Assembly: GCA_031316235.1 (NCBI GenBank)
Contig: JALDRA010000001.1
Location: 3,210,001 to 3,242,000 of the forward strand
Origin: Candidatus Scalindua sp.
GTDB lineage: Bacteria > Planctomycetota > Brocadiia > Brocadiales > Scalinduaceae
Direction of reading: 5' to 3'
DNA length: 32,000 bases
Part shown: in pieces, positions 9,460 through 17,408 of the stretch
Position numbering within the stretch: position 1 is the stretch's first letter
Layout: every line of letters starts with the position of its first letter
Program-made: the position numbers and the translations under genes
Notes under the pieces: generated by a model
What the model saw: the letters and a program-made list of their open reading frames with translations, nothing else
Told to the model about the DNA's origin: nothing
Database searches by the model: none

Positions 9460-10030
9460 TTATTTCAGCTTTTCTCCCTGGTGATAATTGTATGGGGAGT
9501 TCGAAGAGTGCTTTCGTATTGAGTCGCTTCAGTGGGAAACATCAGCGGGTCTGGTAGCCGGCAGGCAGATGACACGGAGAGTAAGCCGTGATGGACAGGG
9601 GAGGCGGAAAATTTACCAGGCATGTCTATGTTGAGTGGAATGTGGCAGTAAAAAAGTCTGTAGCACGAACTGGGTTAAAGGCGGTAAAAAAGGAAGCAAC
9701 CGCTTTTGAGGGCTGCCGCACTCCATGTCCAGTGCAAGGCTAAACCAGCGGTTCAGATCTGTGCACGGTAAGAAAAGCCGGAGGGTTTTTATAAAATTGA
9801 GGCTTCGCGACAGCAGGTCCCATCACCACATCAGGAACCTGAGCCTGCTCTGTTCCCTGTAAATTACCGATTGTTCCACCAGCCCGTGTAACATGCTGAA
9901 GAACATGTAATCGGTAGTTTACCTGGTGTGTTCCAGCTCCTGCTGGTTGTCAAATTCTCAACATGCTCTGTGTGTACACTCCCCCAGGCCTTTTTAAACC
10001 ATACAGATCCAGAGAGTGTAGTAGAAGTAT

Positions 10031-10276
10031 CTATGCGACATCTTTTACTTCATTGTAGGGGCACCCTTTGCAGTCAACGGTTATCCCCTGATTTTTTTTC
10101 TGCCGTAATCTGATTCGCATTTTTTCAAGTGTTTCCTGTGAGGTGTTACCGTCTCTTTGTGACATAAGCAGCTGACGTCTGATTTGGCGAGTCCTTTTAA
10201 TACTGGGACATTGTGTTCTTGCGACTAATGATGGACAGCAGCTCACTATCTTCTTCTTGTTTTTTTGCATGTTCAT
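10031..10276 (-). CDS. Hypothetical small basic Cys-containing protein
   Basis: 81 aa ORF starting 28 nt downstream of the rnc stop, preceded by AAAGGAAAA. Cys pairs CC..C near the N-terminus and CKGC near the C-terminus, with a Lys/Arg-rich centre. I recognise no family. Confidence 0.35.
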   Translation of the reverse strand: MNMQKNKKKIVSCCPSLVARTQCPSIKRTRQIRRQLLMSQRDGNTSQETLEKMRIRLRQKKNQGITVDCKGCPYNEVKDVA

Positions 10277-10304
10277 AGGTATTTTCCTTTCGCTATTGGT
10301 TACG

Positions 10305-11024
10305 TTACTGTTGATCTATATTGAACTCAAACAACTCCAATGTTTTTTTTGCCGCTTCTTGTTCCGCGTCTTTTTTGCAGTTTCCAAAACCTTTACTATA
10401 TTCAACCTTGTCAAGCATCGCAACTACTTCAAACGTCTTTTTGTGATCAGGTCCTGACTGCTTGATAATTTTGTATTTGGGTGTAAACCCGTGTTGTTTC
10501 TGACAAAAATGCTGCAGAATGGATTTGTAGTTTTTTTCATGCTGATTGTTGCATACAATGTCAACTTCACTCTCCAGGTTGTTAATGATGAAGTTGGTGA
10601 CTTTCACCAGACCTCCATCAAGATATATTGCGGCAATGATTGCTTCCAGGACGTTTGCGATCAGTGATCTAGGAAGAGTGCTGGTAGACAGTAATCCTTT
10701 TCCGACAGAAATATACTGTGTTAAATTCATTTCAATGCCCACTTTGGCAAGGGTTATACGGCTTACGACAACGGATTTTATTTTCGTCAGCTTTCCCTCA
10801 GAATAATCGGGAAATCTATTAAAAAGGTACTCGGACACTACCATCCCTAAAACTGCATCACCGAGAAACTCCAACCTTTCATTACTGGGATTGTAATGCG
10901 TCTTGAAGGACGTGTGTGTCAGTGCGTTTTCAAGCAGTCTGGCATTTTCGAAAAAATAGCCTAGTTGTTCCTGACACTCTGTTAGTTTTTCACAGAGCTC
11001 TTTGTTATCCTTGGTAACTGTCAT
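10305..11024 (-). CDS. rnc: Ribonuclease III
   Basis: Signature ERLEFLGDAVL and a C-terminal dsRNA-binding domain. I start it at ATG 11024 (MTVTKDN...), which overlaps the NYN gene by 20 nt. The tracked start at 11093 would add 23 aa. Confidence 0.92.
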   Translation of the reverse strand: MTVTKDNKELCEKLTECQEQLGYFFENARLLENALTHTSFKTHYNPSNERLEFLGDAVLGMVVSEYLFNRFPDYSEGKLTKIKSVVVSRITLAKVGIEMNLTQYISVGKGLLSTSTLPRSLIANVLEAIIAAIYLDGGLVKVTNFIINNLESEVDIVCNNQHEKNYKSILQHFCQKQHGFTPKYKIIKQSGPDHKKTFEVVAMLDKVEYSKGFGNCKKDAEQEAAKKTLELFEFNIDQQ

Positions 11025-11541
11025 TTTTAACGAATTTTTTTTCCTTAAAGAGCATTGATTCTTCAATTGCAATATATTTCGTTGAAGCTTCAATGAGTTC
11101 TATGGCAGTGCTTCTTCGAAAAGAGACGACTTCAACGCGGCAGCCCTGCGCCTTCAGCATCTCAACAAGAGGCACAAAGTCTCCGTCTCCTGAGACAAGG
11201 ACAATGGTGTCAAGCTTGGGTGCAATTGCAATTGAGTCAATTGCAATCCCCATATCCCAGTCTCCTTTGGCAGTACCGTCGGGCCTCAGGCGTAATTCTT
11301 TGGTTTTTATTTCGTAACCCAGACGTTCAAGAGCATCGGTGAAACTCGACTGGTCAACATCCGGTTTGTGGACAGCATATGCAATTGCCCGAATTAAATA
11401 CCTGTTGTCTACAATTTCAAGCAGCAGTTTGCTGTAATCGATTTTAGATTGATGCAGAGATTTTGCCGAATAAAACATATTCTGCACATCCACAAATATG
11501 CCCAATCGCTGCCTGAACCTCGCGGTTGTTTCACTTGTCAT
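11005..11541 (-). CDS. NYN domain (LabA-like) predicted ribonuclease
   Basis: 178 aa. IFVDVQN... and VLVSGDGDFVPLV motifs typical of PF01936-type NYN/LabA proteins. Confidence 0.82.
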   Translation of the reverse strand: MTSETTARFRQRLGIFVDVQNMFYSAKSLHQSKIDYSKLLLEIVDNRYLIRAIAYAVHKPDVDQSSFTDALERLGYEIKTKELRLRPDGTAKGDWDMGIAIDSIAIAPKLDTIVLVSGDGDFVPLVEMLKAQGCRVEVVSFRRSTAIELIEASTKYIAIEESMLFKEKKFVKNDSYQG

Positions 11542-11637
11542 GGTTTTTACCTTTTAATGCTTCATTTTATAGTGTTTTTTTTTACAGTCAATCAAAAAGT
11601 CTCGTTTGGGCAACTTGCTTTTTCACGTGTTATTTTG

Positions 11638-11666
11638 TTGACAGTATGTTTCTGTTCTGCTATATT
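11638..11666 (+). promoter_or_regulatory. Sigma70-like promoter candidate (TTGACA-17 nt-TATATT) for pheA
   Basis: -35 TTGACA at 11638-11643 and -10 TATATT at 11661-11666, about 75 nt upstream of the pheA ATG. Confidence 0.45.
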
Positions 11667-11740
11667 TGACGGCAGTGTAAAATTTTATAACCTACTGAAA
11701 ACATATATAGTTATGTTATTCTTGTGAGAGTACTTTCCGT

Positions 11741-12811
11741 ATGGATTTGAAAAAATTAAGAGGAAAAATTGATCTGCTGGATATGAAGATTGTAGAACTT
11801 CTTAATGAAAGGGCGCATGTTGTTACGGAGATTGGAGAAATTAAGAAAGTTACCAATGCTAAAGTATACGCTCCTGAGAGAGAAAAACAGGTCTATGATA
11901 AGATAGTAGCAAACAATAAGGGCCCCTTGAGTGATAAATGCATTATGTCCATTTATAGAGAACTCATGGCGGGGTCTATTGCCCTTGAAAAGCCATTAAA
12001 GGTTGCTTATCTGGGTCCTGAGGGCACATTCAGCTATTTTGCGGCTCAGGCAAAATTTGGTCATGCGGTTGAGTATGTGTCGTTGAGTGGAATCGAAGCA
12101 GTTTTCAAAGAAGTGGTAAAGAAACGGACTGACTATGGTGTTGTTCCTATTGAGAATTCTACTGAAGGGGGCATCAGGGAAACGTTAAGTATGTTTACTG
12201 AGTGTGATGTGAAGGTTTGTGCGGAGATTGTTATGCCTATCCATCACTATCTGATGGCGAATTGTGCCATTGATAAGATAAAGAAGATTTACTCAAAATC
12301 TCAGGTATTTTCTCAGTGTAAGATGTGGTTGTCAGACAACTTTAAAAAAGTTGATCTTCTGGATGTGGGAAGCACGGCCGAAGCAGTTGCAATTGCAGTC
12401 AGAGAACCTAACTCTGCAGCAATTGCTCATTCTGAAATGGCAGAGCTGTACGGAATTAAAACACTTCGGCAGAACATAGAGGACAGCCCTAATAATGTTA
12501 CCCGGTTTTTTGTCTTGAGTTCAGACTTTCCTCCCTCAACCGGACGTGACAAAACAGCGATTATGTGCTATATAAAAAACGAGATAGGTGCTCTCCATAA
12601 AATACTGGAACCTTTTAGGGCGCACAATATAAATCTGACCGACATAGAGCCTTTACCCACAAAAAAAAAGGTCTGGGATTATTGTTTTTATATAGATTTT
12701 ATGGGACATGCAACTGATGAAAATGTCAGGAAGACACTTCTGGAAGTGAACAAAACATGTATAGACCTGAAGATAATCGGTTCTTTTCCAGAGGGGTATA
12801 GAGCGGAATGA
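11741..12811 (+). CDS. pheA: Bifunctional chorismate mutase / prephenate dehydratase (P-protein)
   Basis: 356 aa. N-terminal CM helix LRGKIDLLDMKIVELLNERA, PDT domain VAYLGPEGTFS, C-terminal ACT-like region with TRFFVL. Confidence 0.92.
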   Translation: MDLKKLRGKIDLLDMKIVELLNERAHVVTEIGEIKKVTNAKVYAPEREKQVYDKIVANNKGPLSDKCIMSIYRELMAGSIALEKPLKVAYLGPEGTFSYFAAQAKFGHAVEYVSLSGIEAVFKEVVKKRTDYGVVPIENSTEGGIRETLSMFTECDVKVCAEIVMPIHHYLMANCAIDKIKKIYSKSQVFSQCKMWLSDNFKKVDLLDVGSTAEAVAIAVREPNSAAIAHSEMAELYGIKTLRQNIEDSPNNVTRFFVLSSDFPPSTGRDKTAIMCYIKNEIGALHKILEPFRAHNINLTDIEPLPTKKKVWDYCFYIDFMGHATDENVRKTLLEVNKTCIDLKIIGSFPEGYRAE

Positions 12812-13584
12812 AAAAGTGTTTTGTCGTTGGCAACTGGAAGATGAATCTGACTTTGAAAGAAGCGGTAAATTTAACTGCGAAGCTGTCTGATCCGGCAGTG
12901 GATGTCGGGGCAAGGGTTGAAGTCGGTGTGTGTCCCTCTTTTGTGTATTTAAAGGATATTTGCGAAGTGCTCAGAGACAGTAATATCCGTGTTGGAGCAC
13001 AAAATATGTGCTCTGAAAAAAGCGGTGCATTTACGGGTGAAGTTTCAGGAGCGATGCTTGTGGATGTGGGGTGTTCATATGTAATTCTTGGTCACTCTGA
13101 GCGGAGAACAATTTTCCATGAAGCAAATTCGCTTATTAATGCCAAGCTGCATACCGCTTTTTTTTATGATTTACATCCTATTCTGTGCGTAGGGGAGAGC
13201 CTGGAAGAACGGGAAACAAACAGAACTGAAGAAGTGGTAGGGGGGCAACTGGCGGAATCTTTAAAGGGAGGGACGGGAGAACAGGCCAATAACTTAACGA
13301 TTGCATACGAACCTGTTTGGGCAATAGGGACAGGGAAAACGGCAACACCGGAACAGGCGAATTCTGTGCATTCCTTCATTCGAAGCATGCTGAAAGAGCA
13401 ATTTGGAGAGACGGCTGCACGGGGAGTTCGGATTCTCTATGGTGGCAGTGTGAATCAGGCGAACGCAATGGCGCTCTTACGCCAACCTGAGATTGACGGT
13501 GCTTTAGTGGGCGGTGCAAGCCTGGATTCGGAATCTTTTTCCCGTATCATTTCGGAGGCTTTCAAGGTAGAAAAATCTCGATAG
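12808..13584 (+). CDS. tpiA: Triosephosphate isomerase
   Basis: 258 aa. GNWKMN, GHSERR and AYEPVWAIGTG motifs. ATGA overlap with the pheA stop. Confidence 0.95.
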   Translation: MKKCFVVGNWKMNLTLKEAVNLTAKLSDPAVDVGARVEVGVCPSFVYLKDICEVLRDSNIRVGAQNMCSEKSGAFTGEVSGAMLVDVGCSYVILGHSERRTIFHEANSLINAKLHTAFFYDLHPILCVGESLEERETNRTEEVVGGQLAESLKGGTGEQANNLTIAYEPVWAIGTGKTATPEQANSVHSFIRSMLKEQFGETAARGVRILYGGSVNQANAMALLRQPEIDGALVGGASLDSESFSRIISEAFKVEKSR

Positions 13585-13837
13585 TCTATCCGGGAGAACA
13601 GAGCGTTGTCTGTACAGGAGTTTTTTTTGTTACCGTTAAATTTTGAGATCCAGGGCCTGTCGCAGAAGGGGCCGGCCGGATGTAGGGTACATGGTTCAGG
13701 ATTGAAATATCCAGCAAAGAATAACTTGATGGATCTAATTGCTAATGATTATTTTACACTTGGTTTTTATACAAAACAATCCTGGAGTTACTTCCTGTCA
13801 GGTTGAGAAACTAAGGATTGAAAGGAGCTAGTCTATT

Positions 13838-14413
13838 ATGAAATTTAAATGGATTCTTGCAATTGTGATTATTTTCGGTTTAATTGCAATGTTTTTCGCT
13901 TTTCAGTGGTCGGGTGTTTTAAAAGTGACACTCATTGCTTCGTGTGTTATCTTGGTCGGTGTTGTCTTGTTGCAATCCGGGAAGGGGGGAGGGTTAGCAG
14001 CCATAGGGGGATTTTCTGATCAGTCAGCGTTTGGGACTAAGACGGGGACTGTTTTAGGTAAAATTACCTACCTTATTGGAGCGGCATTCATTTTTACTAC
14101 TATCCTGCTGACGAAGCTGACTCTTACTTCAATGCATGGAACAGGGGTTGTATCCGAACGTCCACATGAGATGCTGCAGCAGGTTCCTCATGAGGCACAT
14201 GATGATCACGAAGGACATGATCACGAAGGACATGATCATGAAGGACATGACCATGAAGGGCATGATCACAGCAGCCATAGCAACGCGCAACCTGAAGAGG
14301 CAGGCGGAATTGTGATTGATGAGCAGTCGATGGGTATGAAGGGTGTCGGGACGACAGGTGAGAAAAAAGAGGTAAATAATGAGGTTATGAAGGGTGTTGA
14401 AGAAGAGAAATGA
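13838..14413 (+). CDS. secG: Preprotein translocase subunit SecG with a long His/Asp/Glu-rich C-terminal extension
   Basis: [15 protein letters not shown] core flanked by hydrophobic helices. The conserved tpiA-secG neighbourhood supports the call. AGGAG RBS. About 95 extra C-terminal residues. Confidence 0.8.
   Translation: MKFKWILAIVIIFGLIAMFFAFQWSGVLKVTLIASCVILVGVVLLQSGKGGGLAAIGGFSDQSAFGTKTGTVLGKITYLIGAAFIFTTILLTKLTLTSMHGTGVVSERPHEMLQQVPHEAHDDHEGHDHEGHDHEGHDHEGHDHSSHSNAQPEEAGGIVIDEQSMGMKGVGTTGEKKEVNNEVMKGVEEEK
14210..14269 (+). repeat. 15-bp x 4 in-frame tandem repeat encoding (EGHDH)4
   Basis: GAAGGACATGATCAC / GAAGGACATGATCAT / GAAGGACATGACCAT / GAAGGGCATGATCAC. The differences are synonymous third positions only. 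Confidence 0.95.
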
Positions 14414-15300
14414 TTAAGAGCATGACGGGGTTTGGGAGTGCTGAGTCAAAGAGTGATGATAAAACTGTTCACGTTGAAATACGCTCGTTGAATAATAAAT
14501 ACCTGAAAATTAATACTAAAATTCCGGAATCGTTAACCGGTTTTGAAGACAGGATTGGTAAATTATTGAAAGCGGTCCTGATGCGTGGTACTGTTAATTT
14601 GTCAATTGATTATAAGGTGTTGAAACAAGAGCCTCGCTGTTTTATCAATAAAGATGTGCTAAAAGAGTACTATCAACTCATTAGTGAGATTCGTGATGAA
14701 ATATCTTTTAAACAGGATGTATCGTTTGAAAGTCTTATTGCTCTCCCTGGAGTGTTAGAGTACAAAAAGGATATTGGGGACGAAGTGAGTGGTGATGATG
14801 GCTGGACTGAATTGGAGGCATTGATACGCTCTGCGATACAGGATCTGGATGCCATGAAACAGGCTGAAGGTGAAAATCTTCAGCTGGACATAGAAAAATG
14901 GACAAAGCGGATTTCTCTCTTGACTGACAGTATTGAAAGTGAGTCGGGCAGTGTGGTCCAGAAATATAGAGACCGTATCCAGAAAAGGGTGCAATCTTTA
15001 CTGGAAGGGACAGGTATCGGTATTGAGACAGAGGATTTGTATAGAGAGGTTGCTGTCTTTGCTGACCGGTGCGATATTTCTGAGGAATTAGGGAGGTTGA
15101 GAAGCCACCTCGCACTGTTTTGGGATGCAATGGAAAAAGAGGAACCGGCAGGAAGGAAACTCGAATTTATCGTACAGGAGATGTTCCGTGAGGCGAATAC
15201 GATAGCGTCCAAGGCAAATAATACCGACATTGTGAGGCAGGTAATCGAAATAAAAACAGAAATCGAGCGGATAAAAGAACAGGTTTTAAATATCGAATAA
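14410..15300 (+). CDS. yicC: YicC/YloC family protein (stress-induced endoribonuclease family)
   Basis: 296 aa. N-terminal MTGFG, C-terminal [19 protein letters not shown] overlap with secG and followed by gmk, as in many bacteria. Confidence 0.9.
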   Translation: MIKSMTGFGSAESKSDDKTVHVEIRSLNNKYLKINTKIPESLTGFEDRIGKLLKAVLMRGTVNLSIDYKVLKQEPRCFINKDVLKEYYQLISEIRDEISFKQDVSFESLIALPGVLEYKKDIGDEVSGDDGWTELEALIRSAIQDLDAMKQAEGENLQLDIEKWTKRISLLTDSIESESGSVVQKYRDRIQKRVQSLLEGTGIGIETEDLYREVAVFADRCDISEELGRLRSHLALFWDAMEKEEPAGRKLEFIVQEMFREANTIASKANNTDIVRQVIEIKTEIERIKEQVLNIE

Positions 15301-15332
15301 TTCCATACTCTTAAGAGAAGACAAATATCAGG

Positions 15333-15887
15333 GTGAATGAAACCGGTCGATTAATAATACTCTCAGGGCCATCTGGGAGTGGAAAAACTACTCTATGTAA
15401 ACAGTTGATGAGAGATTTAAGGGTAAAGAGATCTGTCTCCGTTACGACGAGAGAACCAAGAGAGGGAGAGCAAGATGGAGTTGATTACCATTTCATCACA
15501 AAGAGGATATTTGAGAACCTGATTAAGGAAGACAAATTACTGGAATATGCTGAGTACTGTGGATCATATTATGGGACTCCTCTGGAACCCGTCAAAGAGG
15601 CAATTAAAAAGGGGGAACTCTTTATCCTTGCTATTGATGTAAAAGGTGCTTTACAGGTTATGGAGAAAGTTTCCGATACAACGTCTATCTTCGTCATGGC
15701 TCCGGACAAGGTAATTTTGCGGCAGAGATTAGAAGGCAGGGTAACTGACAGTGAAATGGAAATCAACAAAAGGGTTGAACAGTCGGAAAATGAGTTAAGG
15801 TATCGGGACCGCTATGATTACTGTATTGTGAATGATAAATTAGAAGTTGCCGTGAATGAGATTAAGAAGATTCTGGGTCTGACCTGA
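15333..15887 (+). CDS. gmk: Guanylate kinase
   Basis: 184 aa, GTG start. P-loop GPSGSGKTT, TTREPREGE, and EYAEY.GSYYGT. Confidence 0.93.
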   Translation: MNETGRLIILSGPSGSGKTTLCKQLMRDLRVKRSVSVTTREPREGEQDGVDYHFITKRIFENLIKEDKLLEYAEYCGSYYGTPLEPVKEAIKKGELFILAIDVKGALQVMEKVSDTTSIFVMAPDKVILRQRLEGRVTDSEMEINKRVEQSENELRYRDRYDYCIVNDKLEVAVNEIKKILGLT

Positions 15888-15946
15888 GTGGTCGGCCAGT
15901 ACAAGAGACGTTTTACACGAGATTTATACAACATTCTCAATGACTG

Positions 15947-16510
15947 ATGAAGAGAGAAATTATACTCGGTGTTACCGGTAGCATAGCGGCTTTTAAGGCT
16001 GCGGAAGTAGTTTCCAAACTACGAAGTCATGGGTTTTGTGTAACGGTGATAATGACGAGATCTGCGCAGAAATTTGTTAAGCCCTTGACCTTTCGCACAC
16101 TTTCCCAGAACAGGGTTATAACCGATCTTTTTATTGATGATACGGTTTACGATCCGCAGCATGTTTCCCTGGCCAATAAAGCGGGGATTATTGTTATTGC
16201 ACCTGCAACAGCCAATATTATCGGCAAATTGGCATCTGGAATTTCTGATGATGCACTAACGTGTGCAGTTGTAGCCTCAGAAGCACCTGTCCTGATCGCA
16301 CCCGCAATGGATGATCGAATGTACTTAAATCCGATAACACAGGAAAACATCAGGAAACTGCAAGGACTTGGGTATAAATTTATTGGTCCGGGAAAGGGAA
16401 GATTAGCATCGGGTCGAATAGGTGTCGGGAGAATGGAGGACGTTGAAATTGTAGTTCAGGCAATTATTGACGAATTGAGAGGCGTGTCGGGGGAAAGGGC
16501 ACATGTGTGA
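15947..16510 (+). CDS. coaC: Phosphopantothenoylcysteine decarboxylase flavoprotein (CoaC domain only)
   Basis: 187 aa. GVTGSIAAFKA and PAMDDRMY motifs. No CoaB (synthetase) domain follows. Confidence 0.85.
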   Translation: MKREIILGVTGSIAAFKAAEVVSKLRSHGFCVTVIMTRSAQKFVKPLTFRTLSQNRVITDLFIDDTVYDPQHVSLANKAGIIVIAPATANIIGKLASGISDDALTCAVVASEAPVLIAPAMDDRMYLNPITQENIRKLQGLGYKFIGPGKGRLASGRIGVGRMEDVEIVVQAIIDELRGVSGERAHV

Positions 16511-16644
16511 ATCTGGAGGCTATCCTGTTACAGAGCTGTTTCGGCAAAGAAAATGGTTAATAAGAAATCTGGATAAGATGAATTGCCTGTTGAGGTAAAG
16601 AGTTTTTTTTGATAACAGTCTGGCTCGATCAGGTCAGGAGAGTG

Positions 16645-17094
16645 ATGTTTGAGATAAACGTAAAGATCAAGAGAAAAAAGGGATGCGATGATCTGCCTTT
16701 GCCAAAATATATGAGTCAGGCAGCCAGCGGTATGGATCTCTATGCGGCAGTTGACGAACCAACTCTTCTGGGAAAGGGAGAAATAAAGTTAATCCCTGCC
16801 GGGATCTTTATCGCATTACCGTATGGTAATGAGGCTCAGGTTCGTCCAAGAAGTGGCCTGGCATTGAAATATGGCTTGACGCTGGTTAACTCTCCAGGAA
16901 CCATTGACAGTGATTATCGGGGGGAAATCGGTGTTATCATGTGCAATCTGGGAACTCAGGAATTTTTGATTGAACGTGGAATGCGGATAGCACAATTGGT
17001 AGTCCAGCCTGTTGTCAGGGCAGTATTGGAAGAGGTGGATGATCTGGAGGAAACTCAACGAGGTAATAGGGGCTTTGGACATACGGGGCATTGA
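16645..17094 (+). CDS. dut: dUTP diphosphatase
   Basis: [17 protein letters not shown] and [10 protein letters not shown] motifs. I start it at ATG 16645 after AGGAG. The tracked TTG at 16609 adds 12 unlikely residues. Confidence 0.93.
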   Translation: MFEINVKIKRKKGCDDLPLPKYMSQAASGMDLYAAVDEPTLLGKGEIKLIPAGIFIALPYGNEAQVRPRSGLALKYGLTLVNSPGTIDSDYRGEIGVIMCNLGTQEFLIERGMRIAQLVVQPVVRAVLEEVDDLEETQRGNRGFGHTGH

Positions 17095-17258
17095 CTGCAC
17101 AATGCGCTGTTTTGGTGCAAAAATGAACAAAATCGAAATTTCTTCTCACCGGATCCTGCCGCTCTTTCGGCTGGCAGGAAGAGATGACCTTGAACCTTCT
17201 TCCGCCTCTTGCAGAAACTCATCGACGAGTTTAAAAAAACTCAAAATGATAAAGGATT

Positions 17259-17350
17259 TATACTCAACTCATACTGGATTTCGGATAAAATCCGAGATAA
17301 AATTGAGCGAGTATAACTGCAACCAAGGTTTGGTTTTCGGTTTTAGTATA
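17259..17350 (+). repeat. Copy C (short variant) of the dispersed repeat family
   Basis: TATACTCAACTCATACTGGATTTCGGATAAAATCCGAGATAAAATTGAGCGAGTATAACTGCAACCAAGGTTTGGTTTTCGGTTTTAGTATA is near-identical to rc 31250-31362 over the head and core. It ends 58 nt before the ftsK ATG. Confidence 0.85.
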
Positions 17351-17408
17351 ATAACCGGTTTGTGCATCAATACTCATAAATTAGCGGGTGAAGGGGGCTA
17401 ATTTATTC

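Noticed and set aside
9460-10030. RNase P RNA, SRP RNA, tmRNA or cobalamin riboswitch in the ORF-free spacer
   Set aside because: Only short partial resemblances are present (GCAAGGCTAAA, GGCAGATGAC, AGCCGGAGG). The invariant elements are absent or in the wrong order or strand: GAGGAAAGUCC and ACAGAAxCCGGCUUA for RNase P, the GGAA tetraloop context for SRP, the tRNA-like ends for tmRNA, and GCCACUG plus the B12 box for cobalamin.
14210-14269. Regularly spaced short repeats as a possible CRISPR-like array
   Set aside because: The units are contiguous 15-mers without spacers, in frame inside secG, and differ only at synonymous sites. This is a coding tandem repeat.
14673-15230. Several 60-131 aa antisense ORFs inside yicC
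   Set aside because: They lie fully within a well-supported CDS on the opposite strand and have no RBS or domains. They are typical shadow ORFs.
17150-17180. Hairpin CCTGCC...GGCAGG downstream of dut as a terminator
   Set aside because: The stem is imperfect and no U-tract follows.
17012-17401. 129-aa ORF spanning the dut 3' end, the spacer and repeat copy C
   Set aside because: It overlaps dut out of frame, runs through a repeat element, and has no RBS or recognisable domain.
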